Part shown: one piece after another, positions 19,436 to 29,493 of the stretch
Numbering within the stretch: position 1 is the first letter of the stretch
Layout: the number at the start of each line of letters is the position of its first letter
Source: Candidatus Micrarchaeaceae archaeon
Lineage (GTDB): Archaea; Micrarchaeota; Micrarchaeia; Micrarchaeales; CABMGC01
NCBI GenBank assembly: GCA_038877255.1
Contig: JAVYWZ010000007.1
Location: 1-41,482, forward strand
Direction: 5' to 3'
DNA length: 41,482 bases
Program-made: the position numbers and the translations under genes
Notes under the pieces: generated by a model
What the model saw: the letters and a program-made list of their open reading frames with translations, nothing else
What the model was told of the DNA's origin: nothing
Databases searched by the model: none

Positions 19436-19714
19436 AATTACACTCCAAGACTATTGAAAATAGCGTAGAGAGCTGATACGCTAAAATCATCTAATCCCAT
19501 GAGTAAAAGAACAGGTAACAAAGCGTTATCTAAAAGTTAGAGATTTTCGGAATGTTCTTAAATTTTCATTATCAATTATTTTTTGATAATGCATATACAA
19601 ATAATCTAGCAAACGAGATTGCTATGAATATACAAACCTTACTCCTGAAGCATTAACTTGATATATTGGTATAAGTATGCATCTAAATCGTTGATGAAAA
19701 CAAGAGATTGTTTT

Positions 19715-21139
19715 ATGAATAAGATCCTTATAAGCATCGCTTTCTTGGGGCTATTTGTTTTTGGAGTTATTGCGATACTGGCTAACTACCGCTTAGGAGG
19801 GATCTATTGGGATTTTATAGCTTACTCCTTATTTGCAAAGTCTTTCTTAACACCAGCCTTCTATTCTGCTTTGCAATCACATACTTTGATGCAAGCATTA
19901 AATTATCAAAATACTTTTTACTACGAGTCTTTTAGAGCCCCACTAATGCCATTCGTATTGCTCCCCCTTATTGTAATTTTTGGTCAAAATTTTGCGGTAG
20001 CATATATCTTGTTGTTGATGTTTCTATTGCCGCTGGCTGTATTCTACATTTCCAAAGAGCTTAAAATGGATTTGTGGATTTCTCTAATACTCTTTGTAAA
20101 TACTTACGCACTGATGTTTCTTACGCTACTTAATGGCTCTGAAATGCTTACAATGATTCTGTTAATGTTTGCTGTGGGCCTCATATCAAAGAATAAGTGG
20201 CAGGCAGGCATACTTATGGCATTAGCCGGACTTGCAAAGTATCCCTCTCTAATATTTCTGCCTTTATTGTTCATGCTAAAGGGCAGGAATAGAAATCTTG
20301 CTATTCTGTCTTTTATAGTAGTTACTTTGCCTTGGTTGGCTTTCAATTTCTATGCTTTCTCTAATCCACTGTTTGGGTATCTAACGTCATTATCTGTGTT
20401 CAGTTCAGGGAATTCAATATTATTTCCAATTGTTGTCATAGTTATATCTCTCCGTCTTGTGCTAGGCGTTCTTGTTCCAGCAATGCTAATATTCGGAATA
20501 ATGATTATATATTTACTGATAAATGATAGAAATAATGGCAATAGATTGGTTTCTTATGCCAAAAAGCTACTTTTAGAGTCGGATACCAAATTAGTACTGG
20601 CGTTATTTGTGCTTGGCCTATTGGGTTTCTTAGCGGTTTCACTTCACAGCAATCTTGATAACCTGCCAAGACACGGATATCTGCTTTACATTGGAGTGTC
20701 TATTCTATTATCGTTTGGCATAACAAAACAAATAAATTTTGTAGAAAAAAGGAAACAGGAAGCAGTAAGAACAATTATCTATATTGCTGTATTATTGATT
20801 TATGCTTCAATGTTAGTTAACTTTTATGCAAACATTAGTACTCACTACATATTCAATGGCTACGGATCTACAAATCAGACTGTTTTGAGCGCTGTTATGG
20901 CACTTAATCAAAGAGGATTGGGAAACTGCAATATTGTATCAAATGCCTGGGTATACCTCAGATTCTATGGCGTAAAGGCGCATTCGCCCTATTTCTACAA
21001 TAATACCATACAACATTACCCCATTTTACTATTCAATAACATAGGGGTGCCTTCATCAATAGTGAATACTGATAACGTGACCAAAATTTACTTCTATAAC
21101 AATTTCACAATAAGTCTCCCACAGAACTACACCTGTTAA
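19715..21139 (+). CDS. GT-C fold membrane glycosyltransferase (PMT/ArnT-like)
   Basis: WDFIAY after the first TM, ESFRAPLMP, SE motif, LAGLAKYP, PWL.FN...F.NPL; polytopic and AT-rich. Earlier starts at 19658 or 19694 are possible. Confidence 0.75.
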   Translation: MNKILISIAFLGLFVFGVIAILANYRLGGIYWDFIAYSLFAKSFLTPAFYSALQSHTLMQALNYQNTFYYESFRAPLMPFVLLPLIVIFGQNFAVAYILLLMFLLPLAVFYISKELKMDLWISLILFVNTYALMFLTLLNGSEMLTMILLMFAVGLISKNKWQAGILMALAGLAKYPSLIFLPLLFMLKGRNRNLAILSFIVVTLPWLAFNFYAFSNPLFGYLTSLSVFSSGNSILFPIVVIVISLRLVLGVLVPAMLIFGIMIIYLLINDRNNGNRLVSYAKKLLLESDTKLVLALFVLGLLGFLAVSLHSNLDNLPRHGYLLYIGVSILLSFGITKQINFVEKRKQEAVRTIIYIAVLLIYASMLVNFYANISTHYIFNGYGSTNQTVLSAVMALNQRGLGNCNIVSNAWVYLRFYGVKAHSPYFYNNTIQHYPILLFNNIGVPSSIVNTDNVTKIYFYNNFTISLPQNYTC

Positions 21140-21252
21140 AAACATAATTGGTGTCCTTATATGCTGTAAGGCAGTATAATGTGTTTATAACGTAATACTG
21201 AGCTTACAGTGGTTTTATAGTTGCTTATGCTTACACTGATAAATTCATCTAA

Positions 21253-21583
21253 TCATCTCGCAAGGAGACCCCATGCGTGAGCGTGGGGAGGAATTGCGAG
21301 CATAAGTGCAGATATTTTGCTGCTGCATAAACAAATTGGATGAAATATCCTGTTTGGATATGAATATAGGATATGAGGTTGCCTTACCAGCGTAAAATCC
21401 TAAAGTGCGATAGGTCATGCAAAATCGCTGTTGGAGCGGAAGATTCTTTTCTCCCAGATTTTCCAATAGCTGAGTCGCTGTAAACCGACTCAGCTTTCTG
21501 ATGACAGATGTTCAGACTTTGTGGAATTGTATCTATGTTGATCGTCTCGATGAAAGCCCCTTCCATTAGGGAGGGTAGTTTAC
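21253..21583 (+). mobile_element. tnpB-less miniature IS200/IS605 element (MITE-like)
   Basis: Left-end-like nested hairpin CTCGCAA...CCCCATGC-GTGA-GCGTGGGG...TTGCGAG (21257-21300), internal perfect hairpin GCTGAGTCG/CGACTCAGC, and right end GAAAGCCCCTTCCATTAGGGAGGGTAGTTTAC. Confidence 0.7.
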
Positions 21584-21678
21584 TTTCAAGTGGAACTCCA
21601 TGCATTCTGCCTGTAGTGCTAAATCTCGCCCCTGCACTATTTTTAAATGTTTGTGTGGTATACTTATGTAGTGGTAAA

Positions 21679-21939
21679 ATGGCAAGGTCTCAAGGATCCG
21701 ATTTTGACAGGTATCTTAATTACAGGGCTATGCATAGTGGCTGGATAACATTCAGAGCAATATACTGGGCGATATACATTTTGGTAATTGGTGGGTTGCT
21801 AATATTTTATGGAAAAGCTGCCTTGCCGATTTCATGGTCTCTATTTTTGGGCACCTCGCTAGTGTTACTTGCTGTTATGATAATAATCTACGGCGCTGCA
21901 GAGTCGTTGCACCACAAGCTAATGAGGAAGCACGCCTGA
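21679..21939 (+). CDS. Small two-TM membrane protein
   Basis: ATG at 21679 after GTGGT, with a TTTTTAAA box upstream; two hydrophobic helices. Confidence 0.7.
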   Translation: MARSQGSDFDRYLNYRAMHSGWITFRAIYWAIYILVIGGLLIFYGKAALPISWSLFLGTSLVLLAVMIIIYGAAESLHHKLMRKHA

Positions 21940-22038
21940 AATCACACGGCTAGTGCTCTGCTTTGTTTGTTCTTTCATTTTTACATCTGTTTATATATTT
22001 TGTTTCCTAATTCTTAATAATCTTAGTTAGGACTTTTC

Positions 22039-23184
22039 ATGCGACTGCCAAATATCTACGCTCGTAAAAACATAAAGTTGCTAATAGCTGTGCCGCTCAT
22101 AATGATGCTTTTCGGGATTTACTTCTCATTTCACATAAGCCTAGACAGCTCTTTGCGCGGCGGCGTTAGCATAACGCTCGAAACCAACTACTCGAGTTCA
22201 CCTTCAGCCCTTGCCAGCAAAATATCCTCGCAGATGCATATTACCGGAGTCGATGTATCCACAAGCCCCGGAGGCTTTACAGTCACGTTGCCGATAAACC
22301 AAAGCCTTTCAAGTGCAAACGATTATCTTTCCGCGTTTTACACACAGGAATCAAACTATTCTTCTCTGCAGTTGAATTATACCTCTTTGAATATAGCATT
22401 AAAGAATAATCCCGGAAACGCAACGCTCGCTTCGGAGATAGCAAACGACAGCAGGCTGCTTAACATATACCTTGGCCAGATGAAGAACTCTTCTGCAGCA
22501 GTGCTTTCTGAGCTTGCGCCTTTTGGTATAAGCATGAGCAACTTTACAAGCCCGAGCCAGATGCAAACGCTGCTGCAAAATGCATACGGAATAGCAAGCA
22601 GCACATACGAGCAGAAAACTCTTAGCGCGCTAGCTAGCATAGTTCCGTATAAGTCCTATTCTTTTGAAGAGGTAACGCCAACGCTCGGAAGCTATTTTCT
22701 TGGGCAGTTCAAAAACATAATAATCATAGCATTTATTCTCGTATTCCTTTCTGTATTTTTCATATTCAGAAGCATTATTCCTTCAATCACAGTTACGTTC
22801 GGTGCTGCCAATGACATGATTATAGCACTTGGTGCAATGGGTCTTCTAGGCATACCGCTAGGCGTTGCGAGCATAGCTGGCTTGCTTATGATAATAGGCT
22901 ACGCCATAGATACTGATATTCTCGCCGCAATACGAATTCTGAAGAGGGGCGAAGGCAGTACAGAGGAACGTGCATACTCGGCTATGCGTACAGGCCTTAC
23001 GATGACTTCCACAGCACTACTGTCATTCCTGGTGCTGTTCATAATCTCAATAATAGTGTATGTGCCTACATACTACGAAATCTCTAGCGTCGTAATAATC
23101 GGGCTGTTTGGTGATATGTTTACAACATGGCTCGGCAACACGCCGCTGCTTATGATATATAAAAAGCATAAGGAGAGGACATGA
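22039..23184 (+). CDS. secF: Protein translocase subunit SecF
   Basis: LRGGVSITL, V.PTLG..F, IGYAIDTDIL, AMRTGLTMT, TWLGN. Confidence 0.9.
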   Translation: MRLPNIYARKNIKLLIAVPLIMMLFGIYFSFHISLDSSLRGGVSITLETNYSSSPSALASKISSQMHITGVDVSTSPGGFTVTLPINQSLSSANDYLSAFYTQESNYSSLQLNYTSLNIALKNNPGNATLASEIANDSRLLNIYLGQMKNSSAAVLSELAPFGISMSNFTSPSQMQTLLQNAYGIASSTYEQKTLSALASIVPYKSYSFEEVTPTLGSYFLGQFKNIIIIAFILVFLSVFFIFRSIIPSITVTFGAANDMIIALGAMGLLGIPLGVASIAGLLMIIGYAIDTDILAAIRILKRGEGSTEERAYSAMRTGLTMTSTALLSFLVLFIISIIVYVPTYYEISSVVIIGLFGDMFTTWLGNTPLLMIYKKHKERT

Positions 23185-24791
23185 GCCTTAAGGCATATTT
23201 CAAGAATCCGCACATAGACTTTCTTATAGGTTTACTGATAACCTTATTCATACTTGATGCGCTTTTTGGCGGACCGCACATACTGCATCTTGGAGTTGAG
23301 TTTGTCGGTGGCACAGAGATACCGGTTTCGCTTGAGCATTCGGTAAATCCAAGTGTCATGTCAACATTGTTAAGCACACTGCAGCAAAGGCTCTCCACGT
23401 TCGGCCTTAAGGAGATTACTGTTGAAGGCATAGGCAATGCAGAAGTTTATGTAATAATACCTACCGTGTCGCAATCTGAGATACAGAAAACAATTTCTTT
23501 GATAGAGAGTGAAGGTGTATTTCAGGGGATAGTCAACGGCAAAGAAGCGATTAATGGAACTGACATAATCTCAGGAAGCATAGTGCCTTCGCAGTCTCAA
23601 GTAAATGGCACCGTTTCCTGGCAGGTCTCTTTCTTAATAACAATGCAGGCTGCTGACAAATTCGCCAAGGTAGTTTTCGGCCAGGCTAACAAGCCGCTTT
23701 ACCTGTTTCTAGACAGGCCTACCAATGCCGTTTTGCTGTTAAACAGCTCTGTGCTCGCGCTTGAGCAGTCAAAAGGCATAAACGAGTCTGAGTTGCTTAG
23801 CGCACTTTACCAGGCTACAGCATTTGACAATGGGCAAATACCGATAGAACAGTATAGCAGCAGCAACATAGCGCAAGTAGCGAGCTTTCTTAACACAAGC
23901 AGAGCCAAGTACTCGGAGATAATAATAGCAAAGAATGCGCCTCCACAAATAATAAGCGACGCGGTAGCGCTTAATTATACAATAAATTATGAAACTACGC
24001 AGAATATGACTCCTGTTGTTACAATTGGCGCAAGTGCGTCAGGCGCTCCTATAAGCACTGTAGATTCTTGGCCGGCAATAGGACTGCTTTCTGCGCCATT
24101 GCTGAATCCAAGTGTTACTAATGGATCAATAAGCCAGAGCTACGAGATAAGTGGTTCTGCGCCGCAGGGCCTTAGCACTTCTGCGCAGTTGGCTTACGCG
24201 ACAAATCAGAGCGACCTTATAGTTAGCATTTTGAAGGGCGGTGCACTGCCAGTTCCTGTTCTTGCTGGCACACCCACTACAATACCGCCTACGCTTGGCA
24301 AGCAATTCGAGATTATAAGCGGCATAGCGCTGCTTATTGCTATTCTTGCAGTATCTAGCGCAATAGCGTTTAGGTACAAGAGAAGTTTCTTGATATTGCC
24401 AATAGTGTTCACAACTCTGGCTGAGCTTTTCATAATAATGTCGATAATAGGCTTGATAGGCACTATAGATCTTGCGGCTGTTGCTGGTATGATAGCAGTA
24501 ATAGGCACTGGCGTAGATGCGCAGATAATAATAACAGACGAATTCATGGGCAAACAGGAAAACTACACTGATAAGACAAGGTTGGGCCATGCATTCTACA
24601 TAATTTGGGCCGACGCCGCGCTGCTTGTGATAGCGATGCTGCCACTGTTCTTCTCAACATCGCTTGTGCAAATTGTTGGCTTTGCTGAGTCGGCAATGCT
24701 GGGTGTGCTCTTCGGAGCGTTTGTTACAAGGCCTGCATATGGCGCAATGATAAGCATGCACTTCTCGCAGCTTGAAAAATCAAACATCTAA
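23181..24791 (+). CDS. secD: Protein translocase subunit SecD
   Basis: LGVEFVGGT, LQQRL..FGL, LKGGALPVP, PTLG, GTGVDAQIIITDE, FVTRPAY; ATGA overlap with secF. Confidence 0.9.
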   Translation: MSLKAYFKNPHIDFLIGLLITLFILDALFGGPHILHLGVEFVGGTEIPVSLEHSVNPSVMSTLLSTLQQRLSTFGLKEITVEGIGNAEVYVIIPTVSQSEIQKTISLIESEGVFQGIVNGKEAINGTDIISGSIVPSQSQVNGTVSWQVSFLITMQAADKFAKVVFGQANKPLYLFLDRPTNAVLLLNSSVLALEQSKGINESELLSALYQATAFDNGQIPIEQYSSSNIAQVASFLNTSRAKYSEIIIAKNAPPQIISDAVALNYTINYETTQNMTPVVTIGASASGAPISTVDSWPAIGLLSAPLLNPSVTNGSISQSYEISGSAPQGLSTSAQLAYATNQSDLIVSILKGGALPVPVLAGTPTTIPPTLGKQFEIISGIALLIAILAVSSAIAFRYKRSFLILPIVFTTLAELFIIMSIIGLIGTIDLAAVAGMIAVIGTGVDAQIIITDEFMGKQENYTDKTRLGHAFYIIWADAALLVIAMLPLFFSTSLVQIVGFAESAMLGVLFGAFVTRPAYGAMISMHFSQLEKSNI

Positions 24792-24799
24792 GGAGAAAT

Positions 24800-24888
24800 G
24801 ATAAGATAAAAGCAAGATAAAAGCGAGGTAAAACAAGGCAAAACAAGGCAAAACAAGGTAAAACTCTAAGATAAAAAGGCAAGATAAC
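24800..24888. repeat. Purine-rich short tandem repeat (AAAACAAGGC x3 with degenerate flanking units)
   Basis: Near-perfect 10-bp units at 24830-24859 fill most of the secD-surE spacer. Confidence 0.8.
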
Positions 24889-25677
24889 ATGATAATTGTC
24901 ACGAATGATGACGGTATACAAAGCCGCGGGATACAGGCTCTTTACAGCGCGGCTACGCATGTTTTTGGAAAGGGCAATGTGCTATTGGTTGCGCCTTCAG
25001 GACCGCAGAGTGCAAGCGGCATGAGCCTTACATTCCATAAGCCTCTCAGGATAGCGCATGTGCATACTGCAAAAATAGACGGCTATGCTGTTTCAGGCAC
25101 GCCTGCTGACTGTGTGTTTGTGGCTGAATTCCAGCTGCTCAAGGGCAAGCCCATAGACTTGATACTCTCTGGCATGAATGAAGGTTCTAACGTAAGTGTA
25201 CAGTCTGTGGAGTCAAGCGGGACCGTCTCTGCGGTAAAGTTTGGCGCAGTGCGTGACATAAAAGGCATAGCATTCTCGCTTGCAATAGAAATGGGAACTA
25301 ATAGCACCACATACTCAAACGCAAAATTTCACATAATAAAACTGCTCAATAAGATAAAAAAGAATGGTTTTCCGCAAGGCGCAAACATAATAAATGTAAA
25401 TTTTCCAGGCAAGGTCAGCAAGTCCACACGCTGGCGCGTCTGCGGTATGGAAAGCGCCCTTTTCAATGACTATGCCGAGGAAAGAAAGGACCTTATGGGA
25501 AAGCCCTATTACTGGCTCGGTGGCAAGCTTAAAAGAAGATTTGGCAATGGCACAGACTGTCATGTCTTATTCGAAGCGCATAGCGTTGCAATAACCCCTA
25601 TAAAGCTCGATTATACCGATGACGCACTGAAAATGCGGCTGTTGAAAAAGCTAGAAGCAGATGGCTCGCAGACCTGA
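24889..25677 (+). CDS. surE: 5'/3'-nucleotidase SurE
   Basis: VTNDDG, VAP..PQSASG, SGTPADCV, SGMNEG.N, SGTVSA, NVNFP, YYWL. Confidence 0.95.
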   Translation: MIIVTNDDGIQSRGIQALYSAATHVFGKGNVLLVAPSGPQSASGMSLTFHKPLRIAHVHTAKIDGYAVSGTPADCVFVAEFQLLKGKPIDLILSGMNEGSNVSVQSVESSGTVSAVKFGAVRDIKGIAFSLAIEMGTNSTTYSNAKFHIIKLLNKIKKNGFPQGANIINVNFPGKVSKSTRWRVCGMESALFNDYAEERKDLMGKPYYWLGGKLKRRFGNGTDCHVLFEAHSVAITPIKLDYTDDALKMRLLKKLEADGSQT

Positions 25678-26800
25678 TCTTGATTTGATAGAAACATTTT
25701 TTAAACAGAAAAAACAAATGTTATTCTGTGTTGTAGTGTCAAAAACTGCTAGATTGCTTAGCCTGAGCATGACTGCCCTTAAGAGCAATTTCGTTTCTTT
25801 GCATAGACCTTACAAGCTAAATTTTTCAATAACGTATTGGTGCAACTCGCATTGCTTAACTTGCAATATATGGCAGCTTAGGCCCAAGGGCGAGCTTAGC
25901 ATAGACGAGATAAGATCATTCGCTTCCAAAAACAATTATTTCAAATGGGTAGAGCTAACTGGAGGAGAGCCGTTCATGCGCAGCGATATAGCAGAGATAG
26001 CAGGCACGTTTGTAAAGAGCATGCCAGGGCTTTACGTGCTCACTACGCCGACAAATTCTCTGGTAAATAAGGATACTGTGCTTAACAAGGTAGAGGCAAT
26101 ACTAAATACGGGCATTCCTAGGTTCGTGATTACGCTGAGCCTAGATGGCTACCGCGAGTTGCACGATAAGATACGCGGTGTGCCAGGCAATTACAGCAGG
26201 GTAATTGAGCTTGCCAAGTCGCTGCACGATTTGCAGAGCAGGCACAGCAACCTTTCTTTCGTTTTTGGCTATACAATCAGCAAGTACAACGCAGGCATGC
26301 TGAAGAGAACAATAGAAGCTGTGCACAACGATCTGCCTTGGTTAGACAGCAACATGTTTCATGTAAATATAGGCCAGGTTTCAGACGCCTATTACAAGAA
26401 CAGCGGCAATGACTTTGTTGCGGCTCCTGCTGATATTGTTGGTGATGTTGAATACGTGCTTGGCATAAGGAAACGTAGCGCAGACCCTATGCAAATAATA
26501 GAGCATGCATTCTTGCGCAAGCTGCTTGTGTTTCTCAAGACAGGCAGGCAGCCGATGCGGAGCAGGAATATAGAAGCCTCTATCTTTCTAGACAGTTTCG
26601 GAGACGTATACCCTAGCATAATGTGGAATGAAAAAATCGGCAACATACGCAGCACAGATTACAACCTTTTACCCGTGCTTGCGAGCTCAAAGGCAGCAGA
26701 GCTCAGGCGCACTATAACCGAGGGTAAAGAGCCAAACTCATGGACTTCTTGCGACGCTTATCAAACTCTCGTAGGAAACATAAAAGAGCTGCTTTTGTAG
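25661..26800 (+). CDS. Radical SAM protein with a degenerate SPASM/twitch-like C-terminus
   Basis: CNSHCLTC, TGGEP, SLDG..ELHDKIRGVPG, GDVYP..IGNI. The start may be 25718. Confidence 0.85.
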   Translation: MARRPDLDLIETFFKQKKQMLFCVVVSKTARLLSLSMTALKSNFVSLHRPYKLNFSITYWCNSHCLTCNIWQLRPKGELSIDEIRSFASKNNYFKWVELTGGEPFMRSDIAEIAGTFVKSMPGLYVLTTPTNSLVNKDTVLNKVEAILNTGIPRFVITLSLDGYRELHDKIRGVPGNYSRVIELAKSLHDLQSRHSNLSFVFGYTISKYNAGMLKRTIEAVHNDLPWLDSNMFHVNIGQVSDAYYKNSGNDFVAAPADIVGDVEYVLGIRKRSADPMQIIEHAFLRKLLVFLKTGRQPMRSRNIEASIFLDSFGDVYPSIMWNEKIGNIRSTDYNLLPVLASSKAAELRRTITEGKEPNSWTSCDAYQTLVGNIKELLL

Positions 26801-26807
26801 ATTAGCA

Positions 26808-27863
26808 TCAGTAGAAAACTGTGATTCCCCTTCGCTCTATCTTTTTAGCTCGCTTCCCATCAATAAATATTTTATAGCCACACTTCTTGCACGCGCCTTT
26901 GTCATCTATGTTATACTCAGTTATGCCAAAACTATACCTGCCGATGACCTTTGCACCACAGTTAGGGCAGTATGTATTCTCGTACTTGTTGCCTGGCACG
27001 TTGCCAATATATACATAATTTAGCCCGTTCTTCTTTGCAACTTCATAGTGCTTCATAAGCGTCTCGTTCGGAGTACTATACAAGTAGAGCATCTTGTAAT
27101 CAGGGAAGAACGCAGTAAACTGCACAGGTGTTTCAGCTCCAAGCGTGTCATGGATCCATTTAGTGAGTTTGTCGCACTCTTCAAGTGAGTCGCCGACTTC
27201 GGGAACGATCAGATCTGTTATTTCAATATGTATGCCCGCACGCTTCATGTAAACAAGTGCCTCTTTTATGGGCTCTATGCTTGGCACCGCCATGTATTTG
27301 TTAACGAATTTCTCGCTGCCATTGCCCTTAAAATCAACAACAGCAGCGTCTATATTTCCTTTCATCTTGTCTATTGCTTCTTTTGTTAGGTAGCCATTTG
27401 TAACGAAGACATTGTAAAGACCTTTTTCATGCGCCAATTTCGCGGTATCTAGCGCATATTCTATGAATATTGCAGGTTCATTGTACGTGTATGCAATGCC
27501 GTCTGCCTTCTGCTTTATAGCAAGATCGACAAGCTCCATAGGAGAGAGGTCGTAACCAGTTATCTCTTTGTCTTTTGATATGTTGTGATTCTGGCAGAAG
27601 AGGCAGCCGAAGTTGCATGAAGAGGTGCCAACGCCAAGCACATAAGTGCCGGGCCAGAAGTGGAAAAACGGCTTCTTCTCTATAGGGTCTAGTTGTATTG
27701 CGGCAAGCGTTCCATAGTTCTCCAAATAAAGCTTGCCGGCTTTGTTTTGCCTTACGTAGCAGAAGCCATGCGAGCCATCTGGTATTATGCAACGGCGTGC
27801 ACATGCTGTGCACATTACTTTGTTGTTAGTCAGCTGCTCATAAAGGTTCGCTTCCTTTTCCAT
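26808..27863 (-). CDS. amrS: AmmeMemoRadiSam-system radical SAM enzyme
   Basis: C.AC.RRC...G.C.VR.N, DPIEKKP..HF.PG, CNFGCLFCQN..IS, YTYNEP, YVYIGNV, T.CP.CG. Confidence 0.9.
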   Translation of the reverse strand: MEKEANLYEQLTNNKVMCTACARRCIIPDGSHGFCYVRQNKAGKLYLENYGTLAAIQLDPIEKKPFFHFWPGTYVLGVGTSSCNFGCLFCQNHNISKDKEITGYDLSPMELVDLAIKQKADGIAYTYNEPAIFIEYALDTAKLAHEKGLYNVFVTNGYLTKEAIDKMKGNIDAAVVDFKGNGSEKFVNKYMAVPSIEPIKEALVYMKRAGIHIEITDLIVPEVGDSLEECDKLTKWIHDTLGAETPVQFTAFFPDYKMLYLYSTPNETLMKHYEVAKKNGLNYVYIGNVPGNKYENTYCPNCGAKVIGRYSFGITEYNIDDKGACKKCGYKIFIDGKRAKKIERRGITVFY

Positions 27864-28001
27864 GCTTAATTAATGTGCTTTCCAGCTATATAAATATGTG
27901 CAGTTTGCTCTACACCGCTCTCAGTCTAGTTATCCTATTCTGATGCCGATGCTGACGCCGCTGTCTAAAATTATTCGCACCTGCGCTTGTCAATGCCGCG
28001 C

Positions 28002-28607
28002 TTAGCCTGCTATTTCCTTTTTCTCGTCTCCTTTAATCATGCTTTCAAGGTCGCTGCCAAGCTCTTGGTTTGCTTTTGCGTGCATGATTGTTTGTTCGCT
28101 TATGCCGTATGTGCCTGAAAGCTTCTTTGCAGCGCGCTCTAGCGCCTCCTTTGCTATTTTTCTGTTGGCGCTTGTTGTTTTAAGTATAAACACGTGATCG
28201 CCGCTTTTGACCCTTGCAGCTACGCCAATGGGCTTGCCGAATGTCATTGACATGCCTTGTGAAAGCCTATCTGCGCCTGCACCGGTTGCGAATTTCTTCT
28301 CGCGTATTACCTGATGCGGATAAGGCACGATCTTGAAGAAGTAATTGCCTGGTATCTCGCGCTCTAGGTATTTATTGGCTACTTGCCTAGCTGCTTCCAG
28401 TGCGTTTGATCTTAGCTGTATATCTTGCTTTGCCACAAGCCCAAACTCAAGGTCATAATCTGATTTGTCGGTTCCCATGGTAAATATTAGCAAGCTAGTC
28501 CTCGGTAATGCCTTTATGTAGTTTTTCTTTGGCTTCTTTACAGAATACCTTGTCCATGGTTGGCTACTCTTTGAATTTCTAATAGATCTGCCCGGTCTTA
28601 TCTTCAA
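28002..28607 (-). CDS. rpl10e: 50S ribosomal protein L10e (uL16)
   Basis: RP.R, LEAAR..ANKYL, YPHQVIRE.K..TGAGADRLSQGM..FGKP.G.AARV; TTG start after GGTGAT. Confidence 0.95.
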   Translation of the reverse strand: MKIRPGRSIRNSKSSQPWTRYSVKKPKKNYIKALPRTSLLIFTMGTDKSDYDLEFGLVAKQDIQLRSNALEAARQVANKYLEREIPGNYFFKIVPYPHQVIREKKFATGAGADRLSQGMSMTFGKPIGVAARVKSGDHVFILKTTSANRKIAKEALERAAKKLSGTYGISEQTIMHAKANQELGSDLESMIKGDEKKEIAG

Positions 28608-28946
28608 AACATCACCTTCTTATTTTTTGATTTGCTTACTTTAATATTCCTTTCTATGCGCAAAGCAGAGCAGTTGCTTGCTGTTTTTAAACTAAGTAGC
28701 GCATCCGCCCCTTTAAAGAACATCATGTCAAGTCTGCAGATACCTCTATACACGCTTTTGCGCGAAACAAGCAAACAATCCCATATTTGGTAGAGGCGTT
28801 GCTAGCATTTTCTCTTGTTACAAAATTCGTAAAATAAGGTAGTTGTTGGCGGTTAGGCGCGCATTTTGTCTGTTTTTTACCATTTACTAATGTATTTATA
28901 TATTTATCTAAGTAAATAATATGTAAAGAAGTAAATAGGTAGTGGC

Positions 28947-29318
28947 ATGAGACGAAGTAGTATAATATCTGTAGCGCGAAAGGCTTTTCCTAAGATTCCA
29001 TTTTTGCTTTTGGCGTTCTTGTTTCTGGAGAGATCTACAGCAGGCGTGTTTGGGCTTGATATTATTTCAACGCTGAATTCTGTGCAGTCGCTGCTCGCTC
29101 ACGTAGGCCCGCTCCTCAGTGCCATAATGTTCATAATTGCAGGTATCTTTTTCGCAATAGCGCAGCTCTTTCCAACATACAAACGCGCGTCGCTGCATTC
29201 TACTGCTGCTGACATACTCGTTGGAGCAATAATAGTGGCGGTGCTTTCCGTAGCGTCAAACGGCCTTGCTATCGCTTCAATGCACCTGCTTTCAAACATA
29301 ACCAGCAACAGCATGTAA
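28947..29318 (+). CDS. VirB2/TrbC-like pilin (CedA1/TedC-like topology)
   Basis: Leader-like N-terminus, amphipathic helix, then two hydrophobic helices (GPLLSAIMFIIAGIFFAIAQ and ILVGAIIVAVLSVA) separated by a short basic loop (TYKRAS). Confidence 0.65.
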   Translation: MRRSSIISVARKAFPKIPFLLLAFLFLERSTAGVFGLDIISTLNSVQSLLAHVGPLLSAIMFIIAGIFFAIAQLFPTYKRASLHSTAADILVGAIIVAVLSVASNGLAIASMHLLSNITSNSM

Positions 29319-29493
29319 AATTAGCATAAATGGCGTTGGCTTTCCATAAGCTGATTAGCATGTCGCACAGCAACAAATGCTCAAAAAACGCATCTGGAAG
29401 CAAATGGCTTTTTACAAGACCAACTTCCGCTCGGCAATTCATCGCACAGCTAAAGCGTATGGGCTTCATAATCGAAATTAGACGAGTGTTACA

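Noticed and set aside
21245..21678. Short ORFs 21245-21466, 21384-21605 and the 21508 extension
   Set aside because: They overlie the mini IS hairpins and show no protein-like motifs.
26808..27863. amrS without its Memo and AMMECR1 partners
   Set aside because: The three genes are often unlinked in archaea, and the partners may lie outside the window.
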